DNA of 64,000 nt from a virus (Duplodnaviria; Heunggongvirae; Uroviricota; Caudoviricetes; Crassvirales): positions 29,013 to 93,012 of IMG/VR virus record IMGVR_UViG_3300033069_000976; one strand, written 5' to 3'. A model generated the notes under the pieces. The model did not search any database and was not told the origin of the DNA. It saw only the letters and a program-made list of their open reading frames with translations. Every line of letters begins with the position of its first letter. Within the stretch, counting starts at the first letter, position 1. Below, piece by piece: positions 10,995 to 21,304 of this stretch. Both the position numbers and the translations under genes were made by a program.

Positions 10995-13904
10995 TTAATA
11001 TTTATTAAGCCAATTATTTTTTATTGTACCACCTTGTTCTTTAGGAGAAATTAATGTTTTTTCTTTAAACCCTGGAAAAATTTTTAATAAATTATCCCTT
11101 ATATTTTTAGTATTAACATCTTCTGGCTCGGCTTTTCTTATAGCATCCATTAACTGCCTAGTAAATTCATTATTTGCTAATACAGCCGGTGACATAGCTG
11201 TCCCCACTAATTTACTAATTAAGGATTTTTTAGGTTTTAATACTTCAGAATAATCAATATCAGTATTATATGAAGGATATGAATTCTCAACATTATCTAT
11301 AGAAGACACACTCTTTGATTTATTTATAATACCTTGCTCAATGTTCTTTAAAGAATTAGGAATGTTTATTCCTGTATTAGATGTAGTGCCAGATACATTG
11401 CTGATAGTGCTATTGGGTTGTCCTGTATTAAATACACCGTTAGAATTACCTGTTGATGTATTTGTGAGTCCACTCTTTATATTTTTTGGTATTCTTCCAC
11501 TTGATGTTGGTGTAATTGTTTTAAAAGCTTCTGCTCCTGTGTATGGTTCTCCAACTACACTATTATACATTCTTTTATTATCAATTTGAGATATTTTAAT
11601 AAATTTAGCACGTTGTTCTGGTGGTAAATTATCTATCATATTATCTATGATATTCATTCTTTTTCTTTGAGCTTCACTCCATATTTGATTATCACCTAAT
11701 GGAACAATACTTTTAGTTGATCTATCTACTGATGATAATAAATTTTCTGATTCTCCAACTATTTTTCTAGCTCCACTTTCTGGAAATTTTGGATCTATAA
11801 TATGAAGATTATAAAAATCACCCAATTTTTTTGCTTTATTACCATGAATTTTCCTAAGGATAGTTAAACTACTTTGTAATAATTCGTCCATGGATATTCC
11901 ATTATCTTTAGCTAATTTAGATAGCTCATTAAAATATTCTGTATTATCTGCACCTGGTTTCCAATTAAACTTGCTTGAAGTTTTAGTATACAAATCAAAA
12001 ATTTCTTTCTCTCTTGGAGTCATAAAGTTTCTTGCACCTAATAATTCTTGTTTACTAAATTGTCCTTTTGCAATAGCTTTTTGTATACCTAATTCTTGTG
12101 AAGATGGATAACTACGTGTTGTTTTTGGTAAAGGTTGGATATCACCAAAACCTTCTCCTAACTGATATAATTTTTTATCCCCTTGTTGTGTATATACACC
12201 TAATTCATCAATACCTGTTGATGATAAAGATTTTGCACCTTTTACAGCACCTTTCATAATATTTTTATACGTTCCATATAATTCTCCAGCTCCTGTTACA
12301 TAACTTGCAGCTTCTAAAGCATTAGCAGCATGATCCATAAATTTATCATTAGCTTTAGCTCTTGAACCATAATCTGGTGTACCTGCTACACTTCTATTAT
12401 ATTGTTTTGGGACTAAGTCTCCTTGTTCATTTACTTTTGAATAAGGATTGCTAGCTGCATAGTTTCTATTCTTTATAATAGTTGCTGCTCTTTCAGCTGC
12501 TGTTGGAACTCTTCCTTGATTTAAATATGCTGCTTCAGCTTGTATTCTTTCTAATTGTTGTTGAGCTAATGTTTTTTGTTTGTTTATTGGTAGAGCTGTT
12601 GTACTGGCAACATTAGTTAAAGATTTAATAGGTTTTATTCCTGTTATTGCTTCAAAACTTCCACCACTTTGAGCAATAGGAAGTTGTTGATTATTATCTG
12701 TTTTTGATACACTATTTAATAAATCAACTATTTCAGCATCTGTATAAATCATTCTTAAATCACTTAAAGAATCGATATTTATTTTATTTAATTGTTCAGG
12801 ATTAATAAATTGCGTAAAAGGATTATAAATATTATTACGTTTAGAATGAGCTCTAATACTATTTAATCTAGCTCTTGTTTCAGATGGATCACCAACATAT
12901 TTCATTTGTTTATTAACAGTATCTCTTGTTGTAGAATCCCATACATCATTTACAATTTGTTTTTGTTGTAATTCATTAATATTTTTATTTTTAAAATTAT
13001 CTAAGATTGCTGGAGATGTATATATATCTTTAGCAGCATAGGAATTAATTTTATTTTGATCTATTGAAGGAATAAGTGTACCATTATAATCTGAAGCATG
13101 TGATAATTCATGAATTGCTGTATCAATATCTTTTTCTCCTGGTACTAATATACCAGATGAATTATACTTACTATCAACTCTTGCTGTAGTAATAACAGGA
13201 AACTTATTAGAACCTATTACTGACAACCCTGAAACTTTTTCACCAGGCACTAGTGTTGAATTTTCACTTCTCTTAACAGTTGTATTCTTTAAAGCTATTT
13301 TTCTTGCAGCATCATAAACAGAACTATTCATACCTGCACTTTTTTCTAACATTTCTTTATACTTTGGAGAATCTATCCATTGTGCATTAAAATTTTCAGC
13401 AGTAGTAATTCCTGATTGAGCTTTTGGTAAAATCCCACCTCTATTTTTTCCATTCCATAGTCTAATAGCATCATCAACTAATTCTAGTTCTCTTGAGGGG
13501 TTTTGTTTACCATGTCTTAAAATTGGTTCTATATTTGTTTTAAAGTATTTCTCTGCTTGAAGTCCATAATTATGTAATTTCAAACTATCATCATAAGCCA
13601 TTTTTAGTGGATCTTTAGGATCAGTTACATATATTGGTGTACGTCCACCTTTTTGAGCAGTTGGTAGTAAATTCTTTGAATCATTTTTTACAAAATTATT
13701 CAACATCCATTGAATAGTTTTATCATCATAATAACGATATAACGGATTATTAGAATTTTCTTTTTTTATTTGCTTCATTAGTGTAGCATCACTAGAATAA
13801 TTATTTAAAGAAGTAACAGTTTTTATCCTAGTAATATCTTCAAAGCTTTTTCCACCCTGAGCTTTTATAGTGCCTCCTTCTTGATATTTTTTTAACCATC
13901 CCAT
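10995..13904 (-). CDS. Large virion protein (969 aa) containing an HExxH (zincin-like) motif
   Basis: AIHELSHASD motif. The start ATG overlaps the ferritin stop. Confidence 0.45.
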   Translation of the reverse strand: MGWLKKYQEGGTIKAQGGKSFEDITRIKTVTSLNNYSSDATLMKQIKKENSNNPLYRYYDDKTIQWMLNNFVKNDSKNLLPTAQKGGRTPIYVTDPKDPLKMAYDDSLKLHNYGLQAEKYFKTNIEPILRHGKQNPSRELELVDDAIRLWNGKNRGGILPKAQSGITTAENFNAQWIDSPKYKEMLEKSAGMNSSVYDAARKIALKNTTVKRSENSTLVPGEKVSGLSVIGSNKFPVITTARVDSKYNSSGILVPGEKDIDTAIHELSHASDYNGTLIPSIDQNKINSYAAKDIYTSPAILDNFKNKNINELQQKQIVNDVWDSTTRDTVNKQMKYVGDPSETRARLNSIRAHSKRNNIYNPFTQFINPEQLNKINIDSLSDLRMIYTDAEIVDLLNSVSKTDNNQQLPIAQSGGSFEAITGIKPIKSLTNVASTTALPINKQKTLAQQQLERIQAEAAYLNQGRVPTAAERAATIIKNRNYAASNPYSKVNEQGDLVPKQYNRSVAGTPDYGSRAKANDKFMDHAANALEAASYVTGAGELYGTYKNIMKGAVKGAKSLSSTGIDELGVYTQQGDKKLYQLGEGFGDIQPLPKTTRSYPSSQELGIQKAIAKGQFSKQELLGARNFMTPREKEIFDLYTKTSSKFNWKPGADNTEYFNELSKLAKDNGISMDELLQSSLTILRKIHGNKAKKLGDFYNLHIIDPKFPESGARKIVGESENLLSSVDRSTKSIVPLGDNQIWSEAQRKRMNIIDNMIDNLPPEQRAKFIKISQIDNKRMYNSVVGEPYTGAEAFKTITPTSSGRIPKNIKSGLTNTSTGNSNGVFNTGQPNSTISNVSGTTSNTGINIPNSLKNIEQGIINKSKSVSSIDNVENSYPSYNTDIDYSEVLKPKKSLISKLVGTAMSPAVLANNEFTRQLMDAIRKAEPEDVNTKNIRDNLLKIFPGFKEKTLISPKEQGGTIKNNWLNKY

Positions 13905-14422
13905 TAGCTTCCTAATTCATTGTCAAGTAATCTAAGTGCAATTTTATCTTCACCAAAAGCTTCAAGCTTATCAAGTAAAGTTTGTAACTTACCAATTTCT
14001 TCTTGTTGCTCTTGCAGGAATTTATTAGCTAACTGATACAGGAGATTATCACCTGTCTTTAAAGCATTATTAGCTAGATCATTACATTGTTTTGTAACCA
14101 ATATTTCATGCTCAAAGGACATCTTTATTATCTCACACAATCCAGGGAATTCTTGTTGTGGCTTTGGTAAAGCAGGTAATGTAGGTTGTACACCCATATC
14201 CAATAGATATTCTTTAGCCCAATTAGCGTGAGTCATTTCATCTTCTGAATCCTTTTTCCAAGCTTTAGCTGCACCCATAAACCCATGATCATTTAACCAT
14301 AAAGACATGGCTTGGTATAATCTGGAAGATTGTTCTTCTTGTTCTATCCTATAATTCAGTATCTTAATTACAGATTCAGAAGCAAATGGGTTTTTTGGCT
14401 GGGTTGTTTTGAATAATTCCAT
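13904..14422 (-). CDS. Ferritin-like protein (non-heme ferritin fold; ferroxidase-site ExxH and ExxE motifs retained)
   Basis: LYQAMSLWL..GAAKAW..SEDEMTHANWAKEYL..FEHEILV..EQQEEIGK matches the bacterial Ftn pattern LYqqMSaW..GAA..EEmtH. Confidence 0.7.
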   Translation of the reverse strand: MELFKTTQPKNPFASESVIKILNYRIEQEEQSSRLYQAMSLWLNDHGFMGAAKAWKKDSEDEMTHANWAKEYLLDMGVQPTLPALPKPQQEFPGLCEIIKMSFEHEILVTKQCNDLANNALKTGDNLLYQLANKFLQEQQEEIGKLQTLLDKLEAFGEDKIALRLLDNELGS

Positions 14423-14428
14423 AGTATT

Positions 14429-17400
14429 TTATTTATAAGATTTTTGTGTTTGGGTAACAAAAAAGGAACTCACAAATTTAAGATTATCATATTTGTCGTT
14501 AATCAGTCTAATCTTTAAATCTTTAGACCTAATAGGAGCTTTGTTAAAAGATCTCTTATTATAAGACATATTACTCTGATTAAGCTCTTTGAATATAGAA
14601 ACAGACTCACAAGAAGGTAACCAAATAGGTTGTTTATTATTCTTCACCAAGTCCCAGAATGTATTAAACTGATAAAAACTACCTGATTTTGTATATAGAA
14701 TAGTCTTGGATTCAGGGTTATACTTGGGATACTCTTTCTGTGTAAACAAGTTATTCTTTGGTTTCTTATCTAACTCTAGTATACCAGAACATTGTTGATT
14801 GGAATAAACTATACATTTGTTAAAATAAAAATCATCCGTCTCAACGAAGGACTGCCAATTATCGTACTGTAGTATTTTTGAATAGTCCTGTACATTTTGT
14901 AATATCTCATCTAAGTATTTATATGAATAAGGATACTCTATAATATATGGAGCAATTTCTCCATAGAAGTTATTATAAAGAGTTAATGCTGTATCATGTT
15001 TCCAGATACCATTTTGTTTACCTGAGTAGAAAAAATTGTTATTTCCCACATAGTAGTTAGGTAAATAAGAATGGTATGAAGTCCATGAATTAGTAGTGAA
15101 TGAATAAGATATAGTAAAGGATGTATTACAGAAATACTTAGAATCGGTTAATTCTACTACTGTACCACCATCCTTAAACACTTCTCCATCATAAGTAATA
15201 GTGCTGAGTAATGGTTTATAGTCTAATTTAGTTATTATAAACCTGTCATATTTAGGGTCATAAACTCCATGTAATCCAGCACCATTGAAATGGTTATCAA
15301 TAGAATACTCTGGGAAAGCTTTCTTTATTGTAAATGGAAGATACTCTGTAAAGAATTTACTAGCACCTTCAGCACTTAGTTCTTTACTTTGTTGTCCTTT
15401 AATTAAGAATATCTGACCTCTTAAAGCATCTATAGTAATATCTCCATGCTCTGTTTTTAACAGGAACTTGTTCTGTGTACCTATATAACCTAAATCTGTA
15501 TCTGCATAATCCCAAGGTGGTACAGTAGTTGTAAATAGACTCTTACCAAGATATACATCTGCTACACTTGTAGGAGCTGTTAATAATGTGTTATATAACT
15601 GTGTTTTATTTTCAAATCTTACCAGTACTTGGGTATTCTCAATACCATCAACAGATACTAGTAATCCATAGTTCTTAGGAAAATCTATCCTGCTAATAGG
15701 TTTATATACTAACCAGTTATTCTTTGTTTCCTCAAGAGAAGACTTTTCTGACCAAATTGCTCTATTCTGAAATTCAGAATTACATAGTTTGTTAGGGTCA
15801 TAATCTTCTCTGAGGTGTGCAAAATAATTTTCTTTATTCTGTTTAGAATACGTCTTATTATAAGTGTACATATTATCCTGGATAATGGGAACAGATACTT
15901 CTTGTAACCAATCATCAGGTATATCTCCTCCTACATTAGGGTAGAAATTACCTTCTCTGGTATTAGTAGCTTGCCTATAATCCACATTAACCTCTGATTC
16001 ACAAAAGAAATAAGGAATGCCATAAGCAAATAAATAGAATAGACCTTGTTCAAATAACCTGGATGAAACAGCTCTGTCAAGATTAAGATTCTTTACACCT
16101 ATCTTATCTCCTATTTCTTCAAATAATTTAGCAACTAAAGCCATAGCTTTTTGAGAACCTCTAGCACCACCACCAACTATATTAGCTATAATATCAAAAA
16201 ATGAAGGAGCAAGAAATTCCTGTCTAACATCTTCAATCTCAGCATCTAAATCAACATCATAACTCTGGGCTTTGGTAGACATCCAGAACATAGGGTAATT
16301 TAAGTTTCCTATATCCTCATATGCTATATCAGTAGCATTAGGATTCCCAACTGTATTATCCCTAAAGAATGGAAGCTTTGATTTATAAGCAAACCTGTTT
16401 ATAAACACATCTCCACCGAATATAGTAGGATATTCTGATACAAAGTTACCCAGTGAATCCCTAAGACTCTGGTAATATCCTGTATCAATGGTTTCATAAG
16501 AGTACATATATCCCCATTGATTAGGTAAGTCTCTTTTTATAGAACCATAATAAGAACTTATGTCAGCTAGTCTATTTGTTTCTGGGGATAGAAAATCACC
16601 ATTTAGAGATGCTATATTGTATCTAGAAGTATCTGTAGGGATACTATTAGAATATTCATGTGGAAATTGAAAATCTCCACCAGTTGCTATATATACAGAA
16701 CTTTCTCTACGGAAATTATTTATAACCTTTCCATTTTCAACAGAGTTTAGTCCGTCTATAATATATTTATTAAAGTTTATTCCCCTTTGTTTAAACCCAT
16801 CATTAGGTATTCCAAATGACCTGTTATAGTTTCCAACAGAGTTAAAAGTATAACCAAAGTTTGTAAATGGTGCTAACCTTTCAAATAGTTCTACAGCAGC
16901 TACATAAGTAGGAACTACATTAGCCATTGTATACTCAGGCCACCCCATCATACCAGCTCCAATAACTACACCACCAGAAATACCTAGTCCAGCAGCAGCC
17001 TGAATAGCTCTTGGTGTAAGAAATTTATATTCTGCATTATCAGTTACTTTAACAAAATGCCCAACAGATTGTCCATACTCAATAGTTTCCATCTTAAGAA
17101 ACTGTCCTGTATTACCTAAAGAAGGTTGATAAAAATGAGTATCAGGAGAATGGAAAGTAAAATGACTTTTAGAATCCAGATTGTCAAATCCTTTTAAAGC
17201 ATCATTAGTTATAAATCCAGCATGACTATCCAATTTTGTATTTACGAAATAAGGATCTTCCCTTAAATCATTAAATGGATAATTAGGATAAAAATAATTC
17301 TTATCATCATATCTTGTAACACCTACATTGTGTATAAGTCCTTTAGCTATGATACTCTTATTATTTACCCTGTTTCCTCTTGTTATCTTAAATCCTGCTA

Positions 17401-19060
17401 TTTGTGAAATTTCTTCAGCAGTAAGTGTTTCCTTAAGAGCCTGTATAAAAGATATAGGATTTATCTTAACCCCTAATGGAAATATAGAATGTTCAAAGGA
17501 AGGGTCATTTAAGTCATTATTATCATGTATAGGACTAACCAATACATCAGGCATTTTATGATGTCTGATTCTTTGATTGGCTAATGTTCCCCATATCTCT
17601 GTATTATTAGGATACCTTTCTTCACTTTCCCAGTAAGCCATTTCTCCATATTGATATGGTCCGATATAACAATCTCCAGGAGTAGTAGGATATGGTGTAG
17701 CAGTTACACTACCTGTATTATAAACTTGCCAATAGAATTTTGGCTTAGGAGGGTTACAGGGATCAACAGTGGAAAACCCATTATCTGGATTATCTGGCTG
17801 AACAATCTGTACATCCTGCATATTAGCTTGTCTACCAGGGATATGGTAAGACCTGGATTGTTTACCATTCTTGAATATAAAACAACCTTCATAAGGATAT
17901 ACTTCATCCCTCATATACCCCTTAAACTTCTCTACATTAATACCATTATTATAACCCTGAAATTGATTATAAGGTATTTTATATGATTCCCAAAGTAAAC
18001 TTACTTTACTCCAGAATGGTTGATAATTCTTTTCTTCAGTCTCTTTAAGTATATCCCAACCAAGTACATTATCCACCACAAATAAATCTTCTGCCACATC
18101 ATAATATGGGTACTTCTGAAATACATCTTCTATATTAAGAGCCTTATCTGTTTTATTAACACCAGTGTATGTATATGTATAAGTAGGATTCGCAGTGGGG
18201 AAAGTACCTACTTGTTCTACAGATACTATATTATTAATTGTTTTTATTACTATTAGATTGAAATACTCATATAGTCCACTCTGATCCAGGTTTGTTATCT
18301 CAAATGTAATTGCTTTAGCAGTCGGAAGGTTAAAATCTGGTGATTCTTTCTGTTCAAAAATACCAATAGGATTTGTAGCATTATACATCCCTGTAAGACC
18401 TTCTCCTAAAGAATTTGCATATTGTACAACCCCCTGATAAACACCAGTTAATAAGTTTCCACCAATGGTAACTTCGGTTCCCTTTATTTCAGGTATACTA
18501 AAATCAGGTTGAACCCTTAACTTATTACAATCCAGTTCCCCTACTTTCTTTATTCTTTTGAAGGAATTATTTGGATCAATTTCCTCAACCCAGGGTAAAT
18601 CATCCAAATCAATATACATCCTGTGACCCGGTTGACCATCAGTAAAGTAAACCTGTGTAGAACAATTGGTTGTTTTTACAACCATTTTGTGAATGGGAAA
18701 ATTGATATTAAACCCAAATTTACAACCATTTCCTACATCAGATATAAGGGTTTTATATTCACAAGTATCATTAGTCCCAAGCCCTACTTCACTATCTCCA
18801 GTTTCTGGATTTGTAAGTATAAAAAATATCTTACCTAATTGAGAGATATTTTTAGCTCCTATAACTTTATATCCTACAGGAAAATCAAAACAAAAAAGAT
18901 TGCCTTGTTCATTCTGAATAGTTAATATGTTACCATCCCATCCCTCTACTACGGCATTCAGTGCATAAGGATATTGCCCTGGCTTTAACTGTGAAGTTAT
19001 AGAGTCAGGATTTAAACCAAAATAAAGTTGTTTAGGATTCAGTGAAATTTCTTCAGCCAT
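14429..19060 (-). CDS. Giant structural protein (1543 aa), candidate baseplate or receptor-binding/tail protein
   Basis: Long ORF between the tail-fiber module and the ferritin gene; no recognisable catalytic motif. Confidence 0.45.
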   Translation of the reverse strand: MAEEISLNPKQLYFGLNPDSITSQLKPGQYPYALNAVVEGWDGNILTIQNEQGNLFCFDFPVGYKVIGAKNISQLGKIFFILTNPETGDSEVGLGTNDTCEYKTLISDVGNGCKFGFNINFPIHKMVVKTTNCSTQVYFTDGQPGHRMYIDLDDLPWVEEIDPNNSFKRIKKVGELDCNKLRVQPDFSIPEIKGTEVTIGGNLLTGVYQGVVQYANSLGEGLTGMYNATNPIGIFEQKESPDFNLPTAKAITFEITNLDQSGLYEYFNLIVIKTINNIVSVEQVGTFPTANPTYTYTYTGVNKTDKALNIEDVFQKYPYYDVAEDLFVVDNVLGWDILKETEEKNYQPFWSKVSLLWESYKIPYNQFQGYNNGINVEKFKGYMRDEVYPYEGCFIFKNGKQSRSYHIPGRQANMQDVQIVQPDNPDNGFSTVDPCNPPKPKFYWQVYNTGSVTATPYPTTPGDCYIGPYQYGEMAYWESEERYPNNTEIWGTLANQRIRHHKMPDVLVSPIHDNNDLNDPSFEHSIFPLGVKINPISFIQALKETLTAEEISQIAGFKITRGNRVNNKSIIAKGLIHNVGVTRYDDKNYFYPNYPFNDLREDPYFVNTKLDSHAGFITNDALKGFDNLDSKSHFTFHSPDTHFYQPSLGNTGQFLKMETIEYGQSVGHFVKVTDNAEYKFLTPRAIQAAAGLGISGGVVIGAGMMGWPEYTMANVVPTYVAAVELFERLAPFTNFGYTFNSVGNYNRSFGIPNDGFKQRGINFNKYIIDGLNSVENGKVINNFRRESSVYIATGGDFQFPHEYSNSIPTDTSRYNIASLNGDFLSPETNRLADISSYYGSIKRDLPNQWGYMYSYETIDTGYYQSLRDSLGNFVSEYPTIFGGDVFINRFAYKSKLPFFRDNTVGNPNATDIAYEDIGNLNYPMFWMSTKAQSYDVDLDAEIEDVRQEFLAPSFFDIIANIVGGGARGSQKAMALVAKLFEEIGDKIGVKNLNLDRAVSSRLFEQGLFYLFAYGIPYFFCESEVNVDYRQATNTREGNFYPNVGGDIPDDWLQEVSVPIIQDNMYTYNKTYSKQNKENYFAHLREDYDPNKLCNSEFQNRAIWSEKSSLEETKNNWLVYKPISRIDFPKNYGLLVSVDGIENTQVLVRFENKTQLYNTLLTAPTSVADVYLGKSLFTTTVPPWDYADTDLGYIGTQNKFLLKTEHGDITIDALRGQIFLIKGQQSKELSAEGASKFFTEYLPFTIKKAFPEYSIDNHFNGAGLHGVYDPKYDRFIITKLDYKPLLSTITYDGEVFKDGGTVVELTDSKYFCNTSFTISYSFTTNSWTSYHSYLPNYYVGNNNFFYSGKQNGIWKHDTALTLYNNFYGEIAPYIIEYPYSYKYLDEILQNVQDYSKILQYDNWQSFVETDDFYFNKCIVYSNQQCSGILELDKKPKNNLFTQKEYPKYNPESKTILYTKSGSFYQFNTFWDLVKNNKQPIWLPSCESVSIFKELNQSNMSYNKRSFNKAPIRSKDLKIRLINDKYDNLKFVSSFFVTQTQKSYK

Positions 19061-19061
19061 A

Positions 19062-19919
19062 TTATCTTATCTCATATTTTTGAAAACGGTTCATATCCTT
19101 TATTATCTTCCTGTTTATATCATATACAGTTTCTTTTTTCTTCTCTATATCTGCGATAATATAAGCTTCATCAGCCATTCTTGTATACCTATCTAACTGA
19201 TTAAGATAATATTTTGTTAATCCTTCATCAGTATTATTATTCACAACCTGTTCCCAAACCTTCATTTTTAAGAAGGCTTCAATGAATTCTTTTAATCTGT
19301 AATTATCAGGAATCATTTCATACCCATTACAATCAAAGCTTTTTGAATAATACACTAAGTATACTTTTCCTTCTCTAAAGGTTACAGTAAATTTATTATC
19401 ATGTATATCAAAAGAATCTGGACCATTAGAATGGAAATTTGCACAGTCTTCAGCACACTCACCTTTACTCCATATAGTACCAGGTTTTAGCAGGTATTGC
19501 TTCTTATAGTGTGCAAAGGCTGTATGAGTAGTTTTATATACCGCTTTAATAATATCAGGCATACCACACTCATTACATTTATCACAATATACATCTGGGG
19601 TATCTAATCTTGTAGAAGTGGATTCAACTTGTTGATAATCAGCCCCAGGTAATACATAAGCAGATGATACATCAGTGCATAACCAAGCTTCTCTTACAGC
19701 ATAAAAATCATCAGGGAGTCTTCCTTGAAAATCACTCATTGTAAGAATAGCTGAATTTATTCTATATGAACCTCTTCCTAACCTATCTAAACATTTAGAC
19801 AGATAAATGGGAAACATAGTGTCATCAATAGCCCCTGTATCAAAAAATGATTTAAACTCTTCTTTAACAATAGCTATTAATCTTTCTGGGCTTTCAAAGG
19901 TATATTTGTAGTAATTCAT
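19062..19919 (-). CDS. Structural-module protein (285 aa), unknown
   Basis: ORF tightly packed in the operon. Confidence 0.45.
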   Translation of the reverse strand: MNYYKYTFESPERLIAIVKEEFKSFFDTGAIDDTMFPIYLSKCLDRLGRGSYRINSAILTMSDFQGRLPDDFYAVREAWLCTDVSSAYVLPGADYQQVESTSTRLDTPDVYCDKCNECGMPDIIKAVYKTTHTAFAHYKKQYLLKPGTIWSKGECAEDCANFHSNGPDSFDIHDNKFTVTFREGKVYLVYYSKSFDCNGYEMIPDNYRLKEFIEAFLKMKVWEQVVNNNTDEGLTKYYLNQLDRYTRMADEAYIIADIEKKKETVYDINRKIIKDMNRFQKYEIR

Positions 19920-19920
19920 A

Positions 19921-20394
19921 TTAACTCCACTCTTGGTATTTATAATGTTGTTCTGGTTGAGAAAGATAATGATTTAATAATCTAGAAGTAACCCTGGATG
20001 GTTTAAAACACCATAAAGCAGAGTATTGAAATCTAGCATTTTTCTTATCCCACTGCCATTTAAATTTAAATCCCTCGGTATTAAAATTCATATGGTAAAT
20101 TAATTTACCATGCTCTTTAGTTTTAGCCCAGTTAACTGGTAAGCCTATTATTTTTGTACCATCAGGAAGTTCTTTTTCTTTTTTGGGTTTATATTTTGTT
20201 ATTGTAAAGTCTCCAAAACCATATGGAAACTTGATTTTTCTCCCTGTTTCCAGTATATAATCCCTGAAGGCATAATTGAAATTATAGACTATATTACACC
20301 AGGTATTATAGTCTATTTTTAATTCTGGATGTTTCTGTTTAAACCTTTTAAAAACATCCTTCTCTGTAGTTCTATATTCTACGGCTACTCTCAT
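19921..20394 (-). CDS. Hypothetical protein (157 aa)
   Basis: ORF; ATGA-type overlap with its neighbour. Confidence 0.45.
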   Translation of the reverse strand: MRVAVEYRTTEKDVFKRFKQKHPELKIDYNTWCNIVYNFNYAFRDYILETGRKIKFPYGFGDFTITKYKPKKEKELPDGTKIIGLPVNWAKTKEHGKLIYHMNFNTEGFKFKWQWDKKNARFQYSALWCFKPSRVTSRLLNHYLSQPEQHYKYQEWS

Positions 20395-21095
20395 TTACTT
20401 GTATCATCTTTATTATCTGAAGTCTTATCAACTGCTAAATTGAAATAAGTCTTCATTAATGTGGAATAAACTATGTTTTTTATATCTGTAATTCTATCTG
20501 CTGGAGCATAGAATGGCTGATCCAAAGGATTAGCACATAAATCACTTATATGTGGCTTAACCATGCAATCACAATCCTTTCCTGGAAATAGTAAGTCATT
20601 ACTAACTATCTCAGCAGGATATAGGAATACATTAGCAGCTTTTGTATCTGGATTAGATATATAAAGGTGATCATTTAAGATCCAGTAATATACGTCATTA
20701 ACATTTAGTTTAAGTTTTAAGATATTTGCATACCTGTTTGGGTTAACTTCTTTTAATTTCTTAGTCATATCCAGACCATATACACCTTGTATAGCTAACC
20801 CCCAAGTTCCTTCTCCAATCTTTGGAAGTTTCTTTTTGGATTTAGCAACCATAGTCTCTGAGATATATTCACAACATTCAGAGATAGGGACTTTCTCCAT
20901 TTCAAGGCATGGAAAAAAGGCAAACACGTTAGGTGATTGCCATAATTTCCTTTTATCTTGACTTTGTTTTATTAATAAATTACAAGCATCCTTAGCCTCT
21001 CTAAGGATTGCCCTATCTGTAATAAAATTATCACTACTAAGTAGCTTACTCATACTCCTGATTTGGCTGACAACATCTCTATTGGTATAACTCAT
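20391..21095 (-). CDS. Hypothetical structural-module protein (234 aa)
   Basis: ORF with a 4-nt overlap. Confidence 0.45.
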   Translation of the reverse strand: MSYTNRDVVSQIRSMSKLLSSDNFITDRAILREAKDACNLLIKQSQDKRKLWQSPNVFAFFPCLEMEKVPISECCEYISETMVAKSKKKLPKIGEGTWGLAIQGVYGLDMTKKLKEVNPNRYANILKLKLNVNDVYYWILNDHLYISNPDTKAANVFLYPAEIVSNDLLFPGKDCDCMVKPHISDLCANPLDQPFYAPADRITDIKNIVYSTLMKTYFNLAVDKTSDNKDDTSK

Positions 21096-21304
21096 GGTTT
21101 ATAATATTCTAAATATGATATTGGTAATATATCTTTATAAGATTTTTCATATATCTCTTTTGCTATAGTATATCTATTATCTTTACTAAAATCTATTCCA
21201 TACAATATACTATATTCAAAGTTTTTATCGGCTATATCTTTAATAAAGGTAAAAGCTGTTTGCATTTCTAAAGACATCCAAACTGCGTTATATTCTTGCT
21301 TCAA
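21092..21304 (-). CDS. Small hypothetical protein (70 aa)
   Basis: ORF overlapping both neighbours. Confidence 0.35.
   Translation of the reverse strand: MKQEYNAVWMSLEMQTAFTFIKDIADKNFEYSILYGIDFSKDNRYTIAKEIYEKSYKDILPISYLEYYKP

Noticed and set aside
1-19060. Virion-packaged multisubunit-like RNAP (crAss-like) among the giant proteins
   Set aside because: I looked for a DxDGD/NADFDGD catalytic motif in the translated giant ORFs and did not find one. I cannot support this call from the sequence.
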